Below, piece after piece: positions 49,701-59,960 of a stretch of 64,000 nt of DNA. The position numbers and the translations under genes were made by a program. The notes beneath the pieces are model-generated. The model ran no database searches. It was not told the DNA's origin and worked only from the letters and a program-made list of their open reading frames with translations. How positions within the stretch are numbered: the first letter of the stretch is position 1; each line of letters begins with the position of its first letter. Origin of the DNA: a virus (taxonomy: Duplodnaviria > Caudoviricetes); the IMG/VR virus record IMGVR_UViG_3300011338_000371, positions 1-64,000 of that record, one strand, 5' to 3'.

Positions 49701-52700
49701 CTAAAAACATACAGGAGAGACAACTTGCAATTGCTGAGTTATCTGAGGATGAGTTGGCAACAGGAGAAATAGAAGAAGGTGCTCACGATCATTTAAACGA
49801 TTTTCAGAGATTTGTTCTTGCTGCTGAATTAGAAGAACATAGAGCCCAAAAAGAACAGGACCCAAATACTACTACTGATCTGCAGAATGATGTAGATGCT
49901 ATTCACAACAATCTTTACAATATCTCTACTAGGGGATTATCTCGTGAAAACTCTAGAGCAAAGATTATTGAGATGAATAAGATTGCTATGGAAGTAGCGC
50001 CTAACGTTCCTGTAGTCAACAACTTCTCTGCTACTCCTTCTGCACCCGCAGTGACTCCTAGTCCAGTAGTTAATATTCCAGGAAGAAGAGATGATGTAGA
50101 TCAAGATGTCTACAATGCGTTTATCCAGGACTTAGAAGACTTAAACGAAGTACTAAGTAATAACGAGATGGATGACGAAGATAGGAAGATCTTTATCTCC
50201 CAAAGAAATACTGCTATCTATAACAACGTTTCTAATCTAGGAAGTGTTAATGAGGTAAGAAGCGCATTATTGGCTTTGTTCTCTAATCACGAAGCAGAAG
50301 TAGAGACTGTGTTTGATTCTATTAAAGCAGGTGTAGTAAATGTAAGTTCTTTAGATTTTATAAGTCCTGGAAGAAGGGATCTCCTAGAACAATTATTAAC
50401 TCGCTTATCTAGCATCGAAGACTTATCGGAGAACCCTACTAATGTAGCTAATGAATCTGAAGTAACTAATACTCCTGATACTATAAGTAATGAGGTACTA
50501 GAAGAGTCAGGGATAGTAGATGAAGAAGATTCTGAGGTTGTGTTTAGTGATAACTTCGAGGTTAACCAAGACAAAGTAAATTCAGAGATCAAAGAAGTAA
50601 AGTTAAGAGCGATAGATGGCTTGTATCTTTCCATGCCTACTGTGGATTCTGTGACTGACAACTCTTATGATGACTCTACTATTAACTTAGGTTCAGATAT
50701 TATTACCTCCTACTCAGAAGATACACGTTCTGGTAAGTCTAGAGATATGAAAATACGGATTCAGTCTATGATGGGAATCTATAAGTTTATATTGAGTGAT
50801 CAAGACTATGCAACAGTCGAAGAGCTTAGGCAGAAAAAGTCACTAAACGAAGAAGAGAAGGCTAGATTAGTTGAAGTTTTTAACAGACAACAAATTCCTT
50901 TACATGATAAGAGTTTTGTAAAAGCTGTATTGGCTAACCCTAAGTTGTTGGGGTCAGGTGTAGGAAGTGTGTTTGTAGACTCTAAGGGAGACCTTATTAA
51001 ATTCAACCCCCAAGGAAGACCTACTTCTAACACTAATGGAAATATATTCGTTGCTTTACTTCCTACTTCAACTGCGAGTCCTAAGCTAAAAGAAATTAGG
51101 GCTACTGTAGTAAAAGGAAAAATAGTTACCTCACGTATTGAAGGGATTGTACCTGGTTTTAGCAAGGTTAGACCATTGAGTCAGGCGGTAGGAGAGTCTA
51201 TAGAAGTAATCACTACTCCTAATGAGATTGTGATTGAACGTCCAGGTGCACAAAAAAATTATGTACTTAAACCAGGTAGTGTACATTTATTAAAAGAAAA
51301 TGTACGTAACCCTTATACAGGTGTTAATATTCCTACTAATGGTAATACTTTGCAAGTACTCGTTAATGCTTTTAACGAAGGTACTTTGCCTACTACCATA
51401 GATGAGTCTATTAGAACTAATGCTGCTGCCTTTTTAGAGTATTTAAGCCAGCAGATAAACTCTGTTTATATTAAGGGCATTAAGGAGGGAAAGCAAACCA
51501 CAGGAATCAGATTCTTTAAGAAATCAAATCTTTACTTGTGTGCAACTGCTTCACAAAAACTCATAGTGAAGTATGTAGAAGTTGGAGAAGACGGTAAGAA
51601 TTATTATAGAAACTCTCAAAATCAACAAGAGGATTTGCTTAAGATGGGTGAGACTTCTTATAAGTTAGTAAGAGACTCTTTGGTAAAACAAAATAAACCT
51701 TACCAAGCATTAGTTGTAAATAAAAATAATGAAATAACTACTAAAAACTTTGATACCTATACAGACTTTATTAAGAGTCCTGAGTTTGGTGCAACCTTCT
51801 TAAGAGAAGAGAGTAGAAGTCTTTCATTTAGTCCTGACTACGAAGTATCTGACAACCCTACAGTAGATGTAGTAAACGATAACATTAACGTTATTCCTGA
51901 ACCTATTGCTGCCCATGCTCAATCTATAGATACTAAAGTTGGGGTAGAAAAAGAATTATTTTCAGAAACTGATAATAAAGGAAGAACTTATACTTATTAT
52001 TCTACTTCAACAGAAAAAGATGGCAGAATAAAAACCACATTTACTTTTAACAGATCAGATAAAGATGCTTCTCAAAGAAGCAATGCTGTATCAGGTGTTC
52101 CTGTAGAAAAAGCATTAGGAAATAAATATACTATTGATGAAGAATCTCTACCTGAAGAATCAAAAGTAGTTGGAGTAGTAGAGATTCGATTAACTGAAAA
52201 TGGTGCTGGTGCCACTGTAACTGTTGAATCAGAAGGGCAAAGATGGCAAACTGAAGTTAAATTAAATACTAATACTACTTATAATGCAGAACTAGCTGCT
52301 TTAGGACAACCTACTCAACCTACTGGACAGCAACCTAGAAAAGTAAGAACTAGACCTACTTTGCTTCCTGACGATATCAGTCCTATTGATCCAGAGTTTT
52401 TCAGAGAAAGATTGCTAGACAATCAAATTACTGAAAAACAAAATCAACAAGCAAAAGCCTGGGTAAGTAGTCATCCTATATTTAAGAACACTCCATTCAT
52501 CTTTGATAATACCATTGATCATCCTGAAGCTTACGCTGTATGGTCTAAGGCAGGTATCTTCTTATTTAAGGGAGCTAACTATGCAGAGGCTTACCATGAA
52601 GCATGGCACGAATTCTCTCAGCTTTATTTAACTCCTGAGCAGAAAGTTGCTTTGTATGCAGAAGCAAGAAAAGTTTACGGAGACTTGTCTTTCGTAGAAC

Positions 52701-55700
52701 TAGAGGAAAGACTAGCAGAAGACTTTAGAAGTTTTGCTTTAAGTGGTGGAGTTACTATGCCTGAGGCTCTAAAGAAAGCAAAGGAATCTAAATCTATCTT
52801 TAAACAAATCTGGGACTTTATCTCTAATCTATTCTCTAATAAGAAGACAATAGATCATTACTTCTCTCGTTTGCATAAAGGTAACTTGACTCAGTTCAAA
52901 CGTAACGAGTCTAATCAGTACTTTACTAAACTATACTCTGGTAAGTACAGTTATCAAGATTCTGAAGGAGTAAGTCACACTATGTCGTTCAAGGACTCAA
53001 AGGCTCTGTTAGATGACTTAGATAGTATTTACGTAAGTATTGCAAACAATCAATTTAAAGACAAAGGTATAAACTTTGTAAACATTGTATCTAGTGGAAA
53101 GAATGCTAACATAGTTTATTCTTACATGGAGAAGTCTTTGTTCAATGACTATGAGGCACTTACAAAAGAATATGAGAAAACAAACAATCAATCTTTAATT
53201 CCTAAGATAAACCAACTTGTAGACTTACTAGATAACTTTCAATCTGCAGCACAGTTTCATAAACTTAACTCTAGCATCTTTGAGGACAATATCAAAAGGC
53301 AGATATTGGATGAGCGTATTGAAGAGTTTGAAAAAGTAAACTCTGAATTTGCATCATACGAGGCTAGCGTGAATGAAATGTCAAATAAGCAGTTAGCCTC
53401 ACAAGTATTGGTTAATGCTCTTAGAACGCTTCCTAAGTATGAAAATGGACGTATGGTATTCCATCCTATATATGGAACAACAATACTGAGCGATTTTAAT
53501 ACTAACTGGAACATTCTTCAACGTAGGTTATCTGGAACAAATTCTTATGCAGACCTATATAGTCGTGTAGAAGAGATTGCAGAAGAGTATCCTCAATTCA
53601 ATCAATTCCTCCAATATCTTCCAGCACCAGACAGTTCTATTGCTAGAACAAGCAGTATGAACTTTAAGAATGAATTCTTTAGTTTGTTTAGCATGCCTTA
53701 CATTGAGGGTTATACTGCAAACATTAAAAGAGATGAGGAAGGTAACATATCTGAAGTACGAGTATTCCAAGCAAACTCTTTGGATTCTCTAAACATCCGT
53801 AAAAAGTACGACCTAGACTTCTCTCTTACTAGTACTCCCTATACAGCAAGGAACGAAGAGACAGGAACTTTCTACTTAAATACACAAAAGTACTTTGGTA
53901 ATTTCCCTGGTGTGCCTCCTGCTCCTAAGGATCAAGAAGACTACAGAGACTACAACCAAGCGTTGTATAATATGTTGACTCCTCTAGGATTCAATCTTAG
54001 TCCTGCAGCAGTAGAGTTGTTCCTAAATGAAGATGCAACTATCCAGGAAAGCAGAGTTAGACTTATTTACGAAAAGCTATCTTCACTTTCTCAGGTAAAG
54101 AAGTACATAATGTCTCCTCTAGCAGATTTGTCTATTGAGCATGAGGTATCAACACCTAAGGGCAAAAAGAAAGTAGACGGAGAAAACAGAAACATTTCTG
54201 CAATCATTCAGTACGAGGTACAAGCAAATCCTGAGTATGTAGATGACATGCGTTATAATGCAGACCAAAAACAAATATGGTCTGTTAACCAACACACGTT
54301 TATGAGTAAGGTACTTGGTGTACTTAACGATTCACTCCTTTATCCTACTATAGATAGTGTGTATGAAGAGTTGCCTCACCTTAATCCTAAGAATAACCCA
54401 GGTGTACAAGGATCATTTGTATTAACTTACTTATTTAATAATGGCGGTAATCGTATCCTAGATAAAGTTGGAAATCAACTTGTTCCACGTAAAGTAGAGT
54501 TAGGAAACTTGTTAGGTATTAAGACTAGCTACGAAGGTGAGAAGACTATTGATGCAAATGAATCTAAGAAACACTATGTAGATATTATTGGATTGACTCG
54601 CTACGGTGTAGAAGAGATTAACCGTTTAAGTGGTAAGTCTACTACAAGAGCCTTAGTACTGGAAAGAAAGTTACGTGAGCATATTGGACTACAGGTAGGA
54701 AATAATGAAGCTGATGCTTTTTCTGTACATAACGGAGTTCCTACTGAATTGTTTAATAGTATCATACTTCCATTAATTAAGTCAGAGGTAGATGTTACCC
54801 TTAAAAACTCTTCTAAGTACAGGATTGCTGCTTATGATGAGGACTCTAGTCCTAAGTTGGCTTACTTCCATAAAATATTTAATGCTGGACAAAGAACAGC
54901 TTTACTTAATGCCTTTAAGTCTCCAGAACCTGGAAAGAGTTTAAAAGACATTTTTGAAGGAATGCCCGAATACAAAGACATCTTAACCAGATTTAACTTC
55001 TACATAAGGGCACAGGCAAATAAGTCTAAGGCAATCTTAGGGAATGACTACGCACTTACAACTCCAGAATTGATGAAGTATCACTTCTTTTCTGCTGTGT
55101 CTCGTATTGAACAACATAAGATATTCTTTAATCATCCTTACTATTACAAGAACCCTAAAGACATTGAAAAGCGTTTAAGTGCTTGGAATGCCTTTGGTAG
55201 TTATGCTACCTTAGATTTGCAGAATCTAGAATACTTGACTTCTAATAAGTCTGGTTTGACTATGTATTCTGGTAGGGATGCTTTCCAAGCCTATGCTAAC
55301 AAAACAGGAATCAAAGTTAATCCTAATAGAGCTAATGCTGATCAGATCTCTTATTTAGTTTTAAAAGATCAATCAGTTAAGTCTTTTACTGCAGCTAAGA
55401 GCAAAGCATACGGTAACAGTAAGCAAGCATATGCTAATAACCAAAAAGCAGCTAAACAAGATGCTGCGGCTTTTTGTACTCTAGACTTCTTCCGTAAATT
55501 TTATGCTTTGACTAAGTCAGGTCTTACTCCTGAAATGATAGAGGAGTTTAAGAGACAGGATGCTATCTACAAGAAACACTTAGAGATCAAAACTGCTCCT
55601 GAGTACGAACAAGAGGTACTTAAGAAAGAATTGTTAGATTTATTAAATCAAGGACCTTTCTATAAGTTTACTATTAAAAAGTTACAGTACTCTGGACATA

Positions 55701-58700
55701 ATAAAATAGAAAGTGGAGAGTCAGTACCTGTATTCCACAAGTACTCTATGAAGCCTATTCTACCTTCAGAGATGGTAAATGATACTGAACTAGAAGGAAT
55801 TCTTCAAAAGTTGCATGCCTCTTCTGCAGACTATGCTGTATTCGAATCAGGTACTAAGATAGCAGAGACAGTAGAGTCAGTAAGTTTGTTTGACGCTAAG
55901 AATAAAGTAAAGCCTCAGGCTAGTCCTACTGGAGTTATTGATATGAAGTATTTGAAGGAACAGGTACTAGTAGAAAACAAAGAAGACTTTAACAATATCT
56001 TCAGTACCCAGTTGCGTAAACTTATTTACAAAGACTTGGTTAGTGAGAAAGAGGAAGAACTTTACGGAGAGTACAAAAATATTATTGAAAGTCTTACAAA
56101 CTTTGATAAGATTAATTTCCTAGAGCAGTTAGAAGATAAGCAAAAACTTGTAGAGTTCTTGATTAGGGAGATTTCTAAGAAGAACGCTTCCGAGTCTACT
56201 AAAGATCTTCTTCAACTTAAAGCAGACGGAACTCTGATGCACACCCTAGATAGTATGATTGATCGTACTATTATGGAGAGTGCTATTGTGTCTAGTGTAA
56301 GAAACCAAGTAATACGTCAGAAAGTTCCTGGAGCACAGAGAGTACAGTATCCTGTTTCTTTGATTCGTCCAAGCAGAAAACTTGCTTATTATGATGTACA
56401 AGGAGGAAAGGTAACTAAGGCAGAAGTAATAGTATCTTTCTCTAAAGGTTACTATCCTTTGCTTAATCTTATTTCTCCTGTAGACGGAGAGCCTATTGGC
56501 GAATTGGATGCTAATGGAAAACCATTTAATCCGCATACTGCTTTAACTAGATTAAACGAAGCAATACAGAATCCTAAGTTTAGGATGGATAATGCTTCTC
56601 AATTGGCTATGATGGCTATCCGTATTCCAGGTTCAGGTTACAACACTATTGAAAGCTTTGAAGTAGTTGAGTTCCTACCTGAGGAAAGTGGAGAGATCAT
56701 CTTGGTTCCAGATGAGATGGTTGTTAAGTCTGGTTCGGATTACGATATTGATAAATTGTTCTGTTATGATCCTCACCTAGAACAAGATGGTACTATGATT
56801 TCTACTCGTGAGTTCCAATCTCCTGAAGAAGCACTTGCAACTAAGAATGCTATTCTTGATAAGATCCACGAGAACAAAGAGACTATTAGAACTTTCGTTG
56901 CAGACAAGAATCTATTAGTCAATGAGTTACGTGATCTATTGACTGAGAAAGGATTTAATCCTGACACTAAGTTAAAAGAACTTTATCTAGAATTACAGTC
57001 TTTGAAAGGTGTAGAAGAGGAAGAGTTGGTTGAAGCAGGAGTTACAGCAGCAGACTTACTTAGACTACAAGAAAAATTCACTAGTGGAATTTCTGAGACT
57101 AAGTCTAAGGTTAGTGACGAAGTTAAATCTAGAATTAAAGCAATTCGTTCTGTTTTGTCTACAGCAAGTGACAGAGAACTTTCTCAAGAGATTGGGTATA
57201 TCAATGACACTATTGCAGATATTATTGAGGAGAACACTAGTCTTACTAAACAGTTAAAGAGTATTAGAGGTCAGTACACAAATGCACTGTTGCTTAATAT
57301 GGCTGAAAGAATGAGTCAGCCAGAAGTATTCCAAGCATTGATTACGCCTAACGAGATCGAAAGGATTGATGCAGCAGTAAAAGAATTTGGTAACGTATCT
57401 TCTGCTGCAACTGCAGATTTAACTAATATTATCAATCCTATCTATCAGCTGTATGTGTTCTCTTTGAATACTTATAAAAACTCTCTAGGTACTGACGCTA
57501 AGAATAACGTATTCCATTCTTTACTTCAGAAGACTAAATTCTACAGACAAGATAAAGCTGCTATCTATGAATACATACTAGACGCTAATCGTACAGAAGA
57601 AGGGTATATTGACTTCAGTAGAGTTTATAATGTAGATGGAGAACCTATTTCTTTGTTGACTGGTGAGATGATTAACGCACACGTGGACATTGAAAAGAAT
57701 GATGGTATTGCACGTATTGGATTGAACAACGTTATTACTCCTGTAGTAAACTATGTTACTATGGCAGGAACTCGCTTCAATGATATTGTAAATATAATCA
57801 ATAGGTCAGCAGGATTAGATGGAGAAGGTAAGAAAATAAGATCTTCTATCTTGAGGTATTCAAAGGGAGAATCTTTAGATTCTATTACAGAAGACATATT
57901 ATCAAGAATTCCTGAAGGGCACATAGCTAGAGAATTGATTACAAAGTCTACAACTAAGTATGGTGTAATAAGTCGTTCAGCACTTAAGAGAAACGTTAAC
58001 AATAAATTTAGAACTAATCTTACTCCTGAAACAGCTAAACAAAATTTGTTAGAGGTAGAAGATGCTTATCATGATTTGGCTAGACTAGGTTTGTTTTTGG
58101 AGTTGGAGGATCAAACTAGAGATCTTGCTACTATATCTCTTTCGGTTGACTACGACACATTCTCTCCACAAAACTTTGAGTCTTTTAGATCAAGTGTAAT
58201 AGAGTTGGCTAAGTATGTAAAGCCAGGTACTAATGAGTATAAGATATTTAACCAGGAAGGACTTAATGACATTATCTACAATAGTGTAGTATCTCCTTAT
58301 CAGATTCAACAAGATGTGTTAGACAAGTTTGTAGAAGTATTCCCAATATCTGCTAACTCTAAGATTACTAACAAAATCCTAGTAGAGTATGCTAGACTTA
58401 AGACTGCTAACCGCAAACTAGACTACGACAAACTGTCTCGTACGTTTAAGAATGACTTGTTGTATAGCCTGTTCATTAACAATGTACCAGAAGTAAGAGA
58501 ATTCGAGACTTATCTAGATAAGAAAAATCCTGGTAACATAGGATCAATGTATCTTAACTTAAAGTCTAGATTGGCTTCAAGAGGTATTACAGCTGAGAAC
58601 GATGTCTTTACTATGGTATCAATCAACTCAGAAGTAGACTCTGATTATGTACGTACAGGTATTACTCAGACAGATTTAAACTACTCAGTAGATATTCTTA

Positions 58701-59938
58701 AAGAAGAGTTTGAAAAAGGATTAAATTGGTCTCACCCTGCATTAGATCCTAACAATCCTTCAGATAGTGAGTTGATTGGTGATATGCAAGGATTCTTTAG
58801 AGCTTTTGCTTATGCAGGAATCATAGGTACTCAGTTGAATAAAAAGTTTGACTCTTACTTACCATTAATTCCTGAGTCTATCTATACTCTTCCTATGACA
58901 GATATAATTAATAATTTTGTTGAAGAGCTTGATGTGACTCCTGAGGAAGGTACTACTCCTTACATTACTCAGTTTATAGCTAGGTTTAATGAGAATCATC
59001 CTGAGTTTAGAAGACTTGATGTACCACCTGCACTAAACTACTATAAAGATTATGTTCTTTCTAGGCCTAATACAGTAGACATGTCAGTAGTAAAACAGTC
59101 TGAGCTGAGATTAGAGGAAACAGAACCTTCTACTGGTGTACTTGCTAATGCACAAGATTTTCTTTCTCCTGAAGTATCTAGTGTTTATCTTAAGACTTCA
59201 GCTGGAATAGTTGCTAAACACAAGTCTCCAGAGACCAGATCAAAGTCTTTACGAAGTCAGATTAGTATTAATCCTACTATCTATAATACAGGAGTGTTTG
59301 TTGAACCTGTTACAGAAGAAGAGGCCGTAGACTTGGTAATCCAAAAAAGTGATAACCCTTATGAAATTGCTCAACAAATAGTATTCTTTGACAAACACTT
59401 TAACTTTGAAAGTATTGTTGGGGGAACTAAAGTCGGAGTTATATATGACTTCTTCTTAGGGGGAAAGATTAATTCTGATAGTGTTAGACAGGCTTACGAC
59501 AATAGACTCTTTAATGTATCTAATACTCCTGGAATAAAAGACTATGTAGGTCGTACAAACAAGAGTGGAGAGCCTTATGAGAATATTGACCAAGTTGCTT
59601 TATCTTTATCTGCTCAAAGTGGCCAAGAGATTGAAGTCCAGGATATCGTAGACTTTATCTCAGAGAATTCTAAAGGTCTTAACCAATTCAAGGTGAAGTT
59701 CTTAGAACCACTGAGAGACCTTCAGAAGGCAGGAAAAAGTTTAGTAGGAACAGAGATGACTCCAGCTGATGCTAGATTCCTTATAGACTCTTACAACAAG
59801 GCTACCCGAATTCAGGCTGCTCCCGAACTTAGTACCTTTGATGTTACTCAGTTTTCTGACCTAGAATCTGGAAAACTTTTACAAGAATCTTTCAGTAAGC
59901 TTCGTGAACTAAATAATAACTTAAGTAAAAATTGCTAA
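46751..59938 (+). CDS. Virion RNA polymerase polyprotein (4395 aa) with zincin domain
   Basis: AIRIPGSG (R at 56621) and GSDYDIDK (56738-56752) match the double-psi-beta-barrel catalytic motifs of crAss-like vRNAPs (DFDID in phi14:2 gp66). HEAWH...EE at 52595. G/A-rich hydrophobic N-terminal segment. Confidence 0.88.
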   Translation: MPQNPIIESLKKEGLYPTSQPTSSPIRELLGSSAQAVARARQAAAPFQAQLTIGKGVESILEGDIKANAADINSSYRNITGDSGAYAIPNLELDLDTKNELKESANVFNRILREGTVEESQKALKELRDKFNRISDSSLSTKEKDALRKSYTELVDRVGQINTYKAAKKEADSFFSENSLEERERMLANPNPNQRLSLSIKSKQTRNADILNNLADFESNKVGSRLYNEEDLATFKSTYVKTDDDLYAGMEMQYNYAMKNAVDEKVANYQKQISDLDAQIKQSVNQEEKNALALQKANVSKELNYSKNLSNKLKPYTIEDNYLKQFYPEQYTRKKEREKQEVYRNEMWAQGDQGSVGETLYRSGQQIKSNFLKQVSGLAYLAGANELGYRIKSGAEYAAPPTYFVGKDLNKNNKIDDSEITRDIHGNRVTMSQVSWTDKNGKKTWNLWSPVEQTLPILTDVLLTVAISKGLGAAGRGAGWTYGKIGTAAGLSEAGTASFVKNWAPRISTMGITSATTFPRFYAEERSNFKNGDAAFKVALMRAGVEGLTESLVPDVKLFDGKIAYGALDGAFAKLGKLDPASLSRLTTQRDLLLGLLPKGALSPTKAAMLMAPAAIRRTLSGASQESIEEIGSLVGNYFVDKYASSQNFEVEETNQITWDSFWDTVVEGFIPSLFISAGSTYKAKDLLRKERLDQARWNVANNPEKYKQLIANKVQSNKLTKEEGLKQTAAVDNLSRRLDSIPEMKNIKNLTNLLDDKELQFSHFNNKLFQEDLLNVDTTQLSPEQLKEYEDSLAKTSKEILTTKKLADKYAGLEETDKKAIISKLFDSQAKAAISPETRLTSLLGIAEQTRQSLLSVPVGDERYEFVNEQYKKFQSAVDANIVERVNTFRSTLETNPEQLTSLELALARDTFMPALDRIQGIDAKFELQNAPLVAEQVQGPKTYDESVPQLIRSIQEELETRMQLTGDEFQSEVPKNLRNPETKNIQERQLAIAELSEDELATGEIEEGAHDHLNDFQRFVLAAELEEHRAQKEQDPNTTTDLQNDVDAIHNNLYNISTRGLSRENSRAKIIEMNKIAMEVAPNVPVVNNFSATPSAPAVTPSPVVNIPGRRDDVDQDVYNAFIQDLEDLNEVLSNNEMDDEDRKIFISQRNTAIYNNVSNLGSVNEVRSALLALFSNHEAEVETVFDSIKAGVVNVSSLDFISPGRRDLLEQLLTRLSSIEDLSENPTNVANESEVTNTPDTISNEVLEESGIVDEEDSEVVFSDNFEVNQDKVNSEIKEVKLRAIDGLYLSMPTVDSVTDNSYDDSTINLGSDIITSYSEDTRSGKSRDMKIRIQSMMGIYKFILSDQDYATVEELRQKKSLNEEEKARLVEVFNRQQIPLHDKSFVKAVLANPKLLGSGVGSVFVDSKGDLIKFNPQGRPTSNTNGNIFVALLPTSTASPKLKEIRATVVKGKIVTSRIEGIVPGFSKVRPLSQAVGESIEVITTPNEIVIERPGAQKNYVLKPGSVHLLKENVRNPYTGVNIPTNGNTLQVLVNAFNEGTLPTTIDESIRTNAAAFLEYLSQQINSVYIKGIKEGKQTTGIRFFKKSNLYLCATASQKLIVKYVEVGEDGKNYYRNSQNQQEDLLKMGETSYKLVRDSLVKQNKPYQALVVNKNNEITTKNFDTYTDFIKSPEFGATFLREESRSLSFSPDYEVSDNPTVDVVNDNINVIPEPIAAHAQSIDTKVGVEKELFSETDNKGRTYTYYSTSTEKDGRIKTTFTFNRSDKDASQRSNAVSGVPVEKALGNKYTIDEESLPEESKVVGVVEIRLTENGAGATVTVESEGQRWQTEVKLNTNTTYNAELAALGQPTQPTGQQPRKVRTRPTLLPDDISPIDPEFFRERLLDNQITEKQNQQAKAWVSSHPIFKNTPFIFDNTIDHPEAYAVWSKAGIFLFKGANYAEAYHEAWHEFSQLYLTPEQKVALYAEARKVYGDLSFVELEERLAEDFRSFALSGGVTMPEALKKAKESKSIFKQIWDFISNLFSNKKTIDHYFSRLHKGNLTQFKRNESNQYFTKLYSGKYSYQDSEGVSHTMSFKDSKALLDDLDSIYVSIANNQFKDKGINFVNIVSSGKNANIVYSYMEKSLFNDYEALTKEYEKTNNQSLIPKINQLVDLLDNFQSAAQFHKLNSSIFEDNIKRQILDERIEEFEKVNSEFASYEASVNEMSNKQLASQVLVNALRTLPKYENGRMVFHPIYGTTILSDFNTNWNILQRRLSGTNSYADLYSRVEEIAEEYPQFNQFLQYLPAPDSSIARTSSMNFKNEFFSLFSMPYIEGYTANIKRDEEGNISEVRVFQANSLDSLNIRKKYDLDFSLTSTPYTARNEETGTFYLNTQKYFGNFPGVPPAPKDQEDYRDYNQALYNMLTPLGFNLSPAAVELFLNEDATIQESRVRLIYEKLSSLSQVKKYIMSPLADLSIEHEVSTPKGKKKVDGENRNISAIIQYEVQANPEYVDDMRYNADQKQIWSVNQHTFMSKVLGVLNDSLLYPTIDSVYEELPHLNPKNNPGVQGSFVLTYLFNNGGNRILDKVGNQLVPRKVELGNLLGIKTSYEGEKTIDANESKKHYVDIIGLTRYGVEEINRLSGKSTTRALVLERKLREHIGLQVGNNEADAFSVHNGVPTELFNSIILPLIKSEVDVTLKNSSKYRIAAYDEDSSPKLAYFHKIFNAGQRTALLNAFKSPEPGKSLKDIFEGMPEYKDILTRFNFYIRAQANKSKAILGNDYALTTPELMKYHFFSAVSRIEQHKIFFNHPYYYKNPKDIEKRLSAWNAFGSYATLDLQNLEYLTSNKSGLTMYSGRDAFQAYANKTGIKVNPNRANADQISYLVLKDQSVKSFTAAKSKAYGNSKQAYANNQKAAKQDAAAFCTLDFFRKFYALTKSGLTPEMIEEFKRQDAIYKKHLEIKTAPEYEQEVLKKELLDLLNQGPFYKFTIKKLQYSGHNKIESGESVPVFHKYSMKPILPSEMVNDTELEGILQKLHASSADYAVFESGTKIAETVESVSLFDAKNKVKPQASPTGVIDMKYLKEQVLVENKEDFNNIFSTQLRKLIYKDLVSEKEEELYGEYKNIIESLTNFDKINFLEQLEDKQKLVEFLIREISKKNASESTKDLLQLKADGTLMHTLDSMIDRTIMESAIVSSVRNQVIRQKVPGAQRVQYPVSLIRPSRKLAYYDVQGGKVTKAEVIVSFSKGYYPLLNLISPVDGEPIGELDANGKPFNPHTALTRLNEAIQNPKFRMDNASQLAMMAIRIPGSGYNTIESFEVVEFLPEESGEIILVPDEMVVKSGSDYDIDKLFCYDPHLEQDGTMISTREFQSPEEALATKNAILDKIHENKETIRTFVADKNLLVNELRDLLTEKGFNPDTKLKELYLELQSLKGVEEEELVEAGVTAADLLRLQEKFTSGISETKSKVSDEVKSRIKAIRSVLSTASDRELSQEIGYINDTIADIIEENTSLTKQLKSIRGQYTNALLLNMAERMSQPEVFQALITPNEIERIDAAVKEFGNVSSAATADLTNIINPIYQLYVFSLNTYKNSLGTDAKNNVFHSLLQKTKFYRQDKAAIYEYILDANRTEEGYIDFSRVYNVDGEPISLLTGEMINAHVDIEKNDGIARIGLNNVITPVVNYVTMAGTRFNDIVNIINRSAGLDGEGKKIRSSILRYSKGESLDSITEDILSRIPEGHIARELITKSTTKYGVISRSALKRNVNNKFRTNLTPETAKQNLLEVEDAYHDLARLGLFLELEDQTRDLATISLSVDYDTFSPQNFESFRSSVIELAKYVKPGTNEYKIFNQEGLNDIIYNSVVSPYQIQQDVLDKFVEVFPISANSKITNKILVEYARLKTANRKLDYDKLSRTFKNDLLYSLFINNVPEVREFETYLDKKNPGNIGSMYLNLKSRLASRGITAENDVFTMVSINSEVDSDYVRTGITQTDLNYSVDILKEEFEKGLNWSHPALDPNNPSDSELIGDMQGFFRAFAYAGIIGTQLNKKFDSYLPLIPESIYTLPMTDIINNFVEELDVTPEEGTTPYITQFIARFNENHPEFRRLDVPPALNYYKDYVLSRPNTVDMSVVKQSELRLEETEPSTGVLANAQDFLSPEVSSVYLKTSAGIVAKHKSPETRSKSLRSQISINPTIYNTGVFVEPVTEEEAVDLVIQKSDNPYEIAQQIVFFDKHFNFESIVGGTKVGVIYDFFLGGKINSDSVRQAYDNRLFNVSNTPGIKDYVGRTNKSGEPYENIDQVALSLSAQSGQEIEVQDIVDFISENSKGLNQFKVKFLEPLRDLQKAGKSLVGTEMTPADARFLIDSYNKATRIQAAPELSTFDVTQFSDLESGKLLQESFSKLRELNNNLSKNC

Positions 59939-59944
59939 TTAAAC

Positions 59945-59952
59945 TATATTTG
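59945..59952 (+). promoter_or_regulatory. Bacteroidota -7 element
   Basis: TATATTTG 9 nt before ATG 59961. Confidence 0.6.
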
Positions 59953-59960
59953 TATTAATC

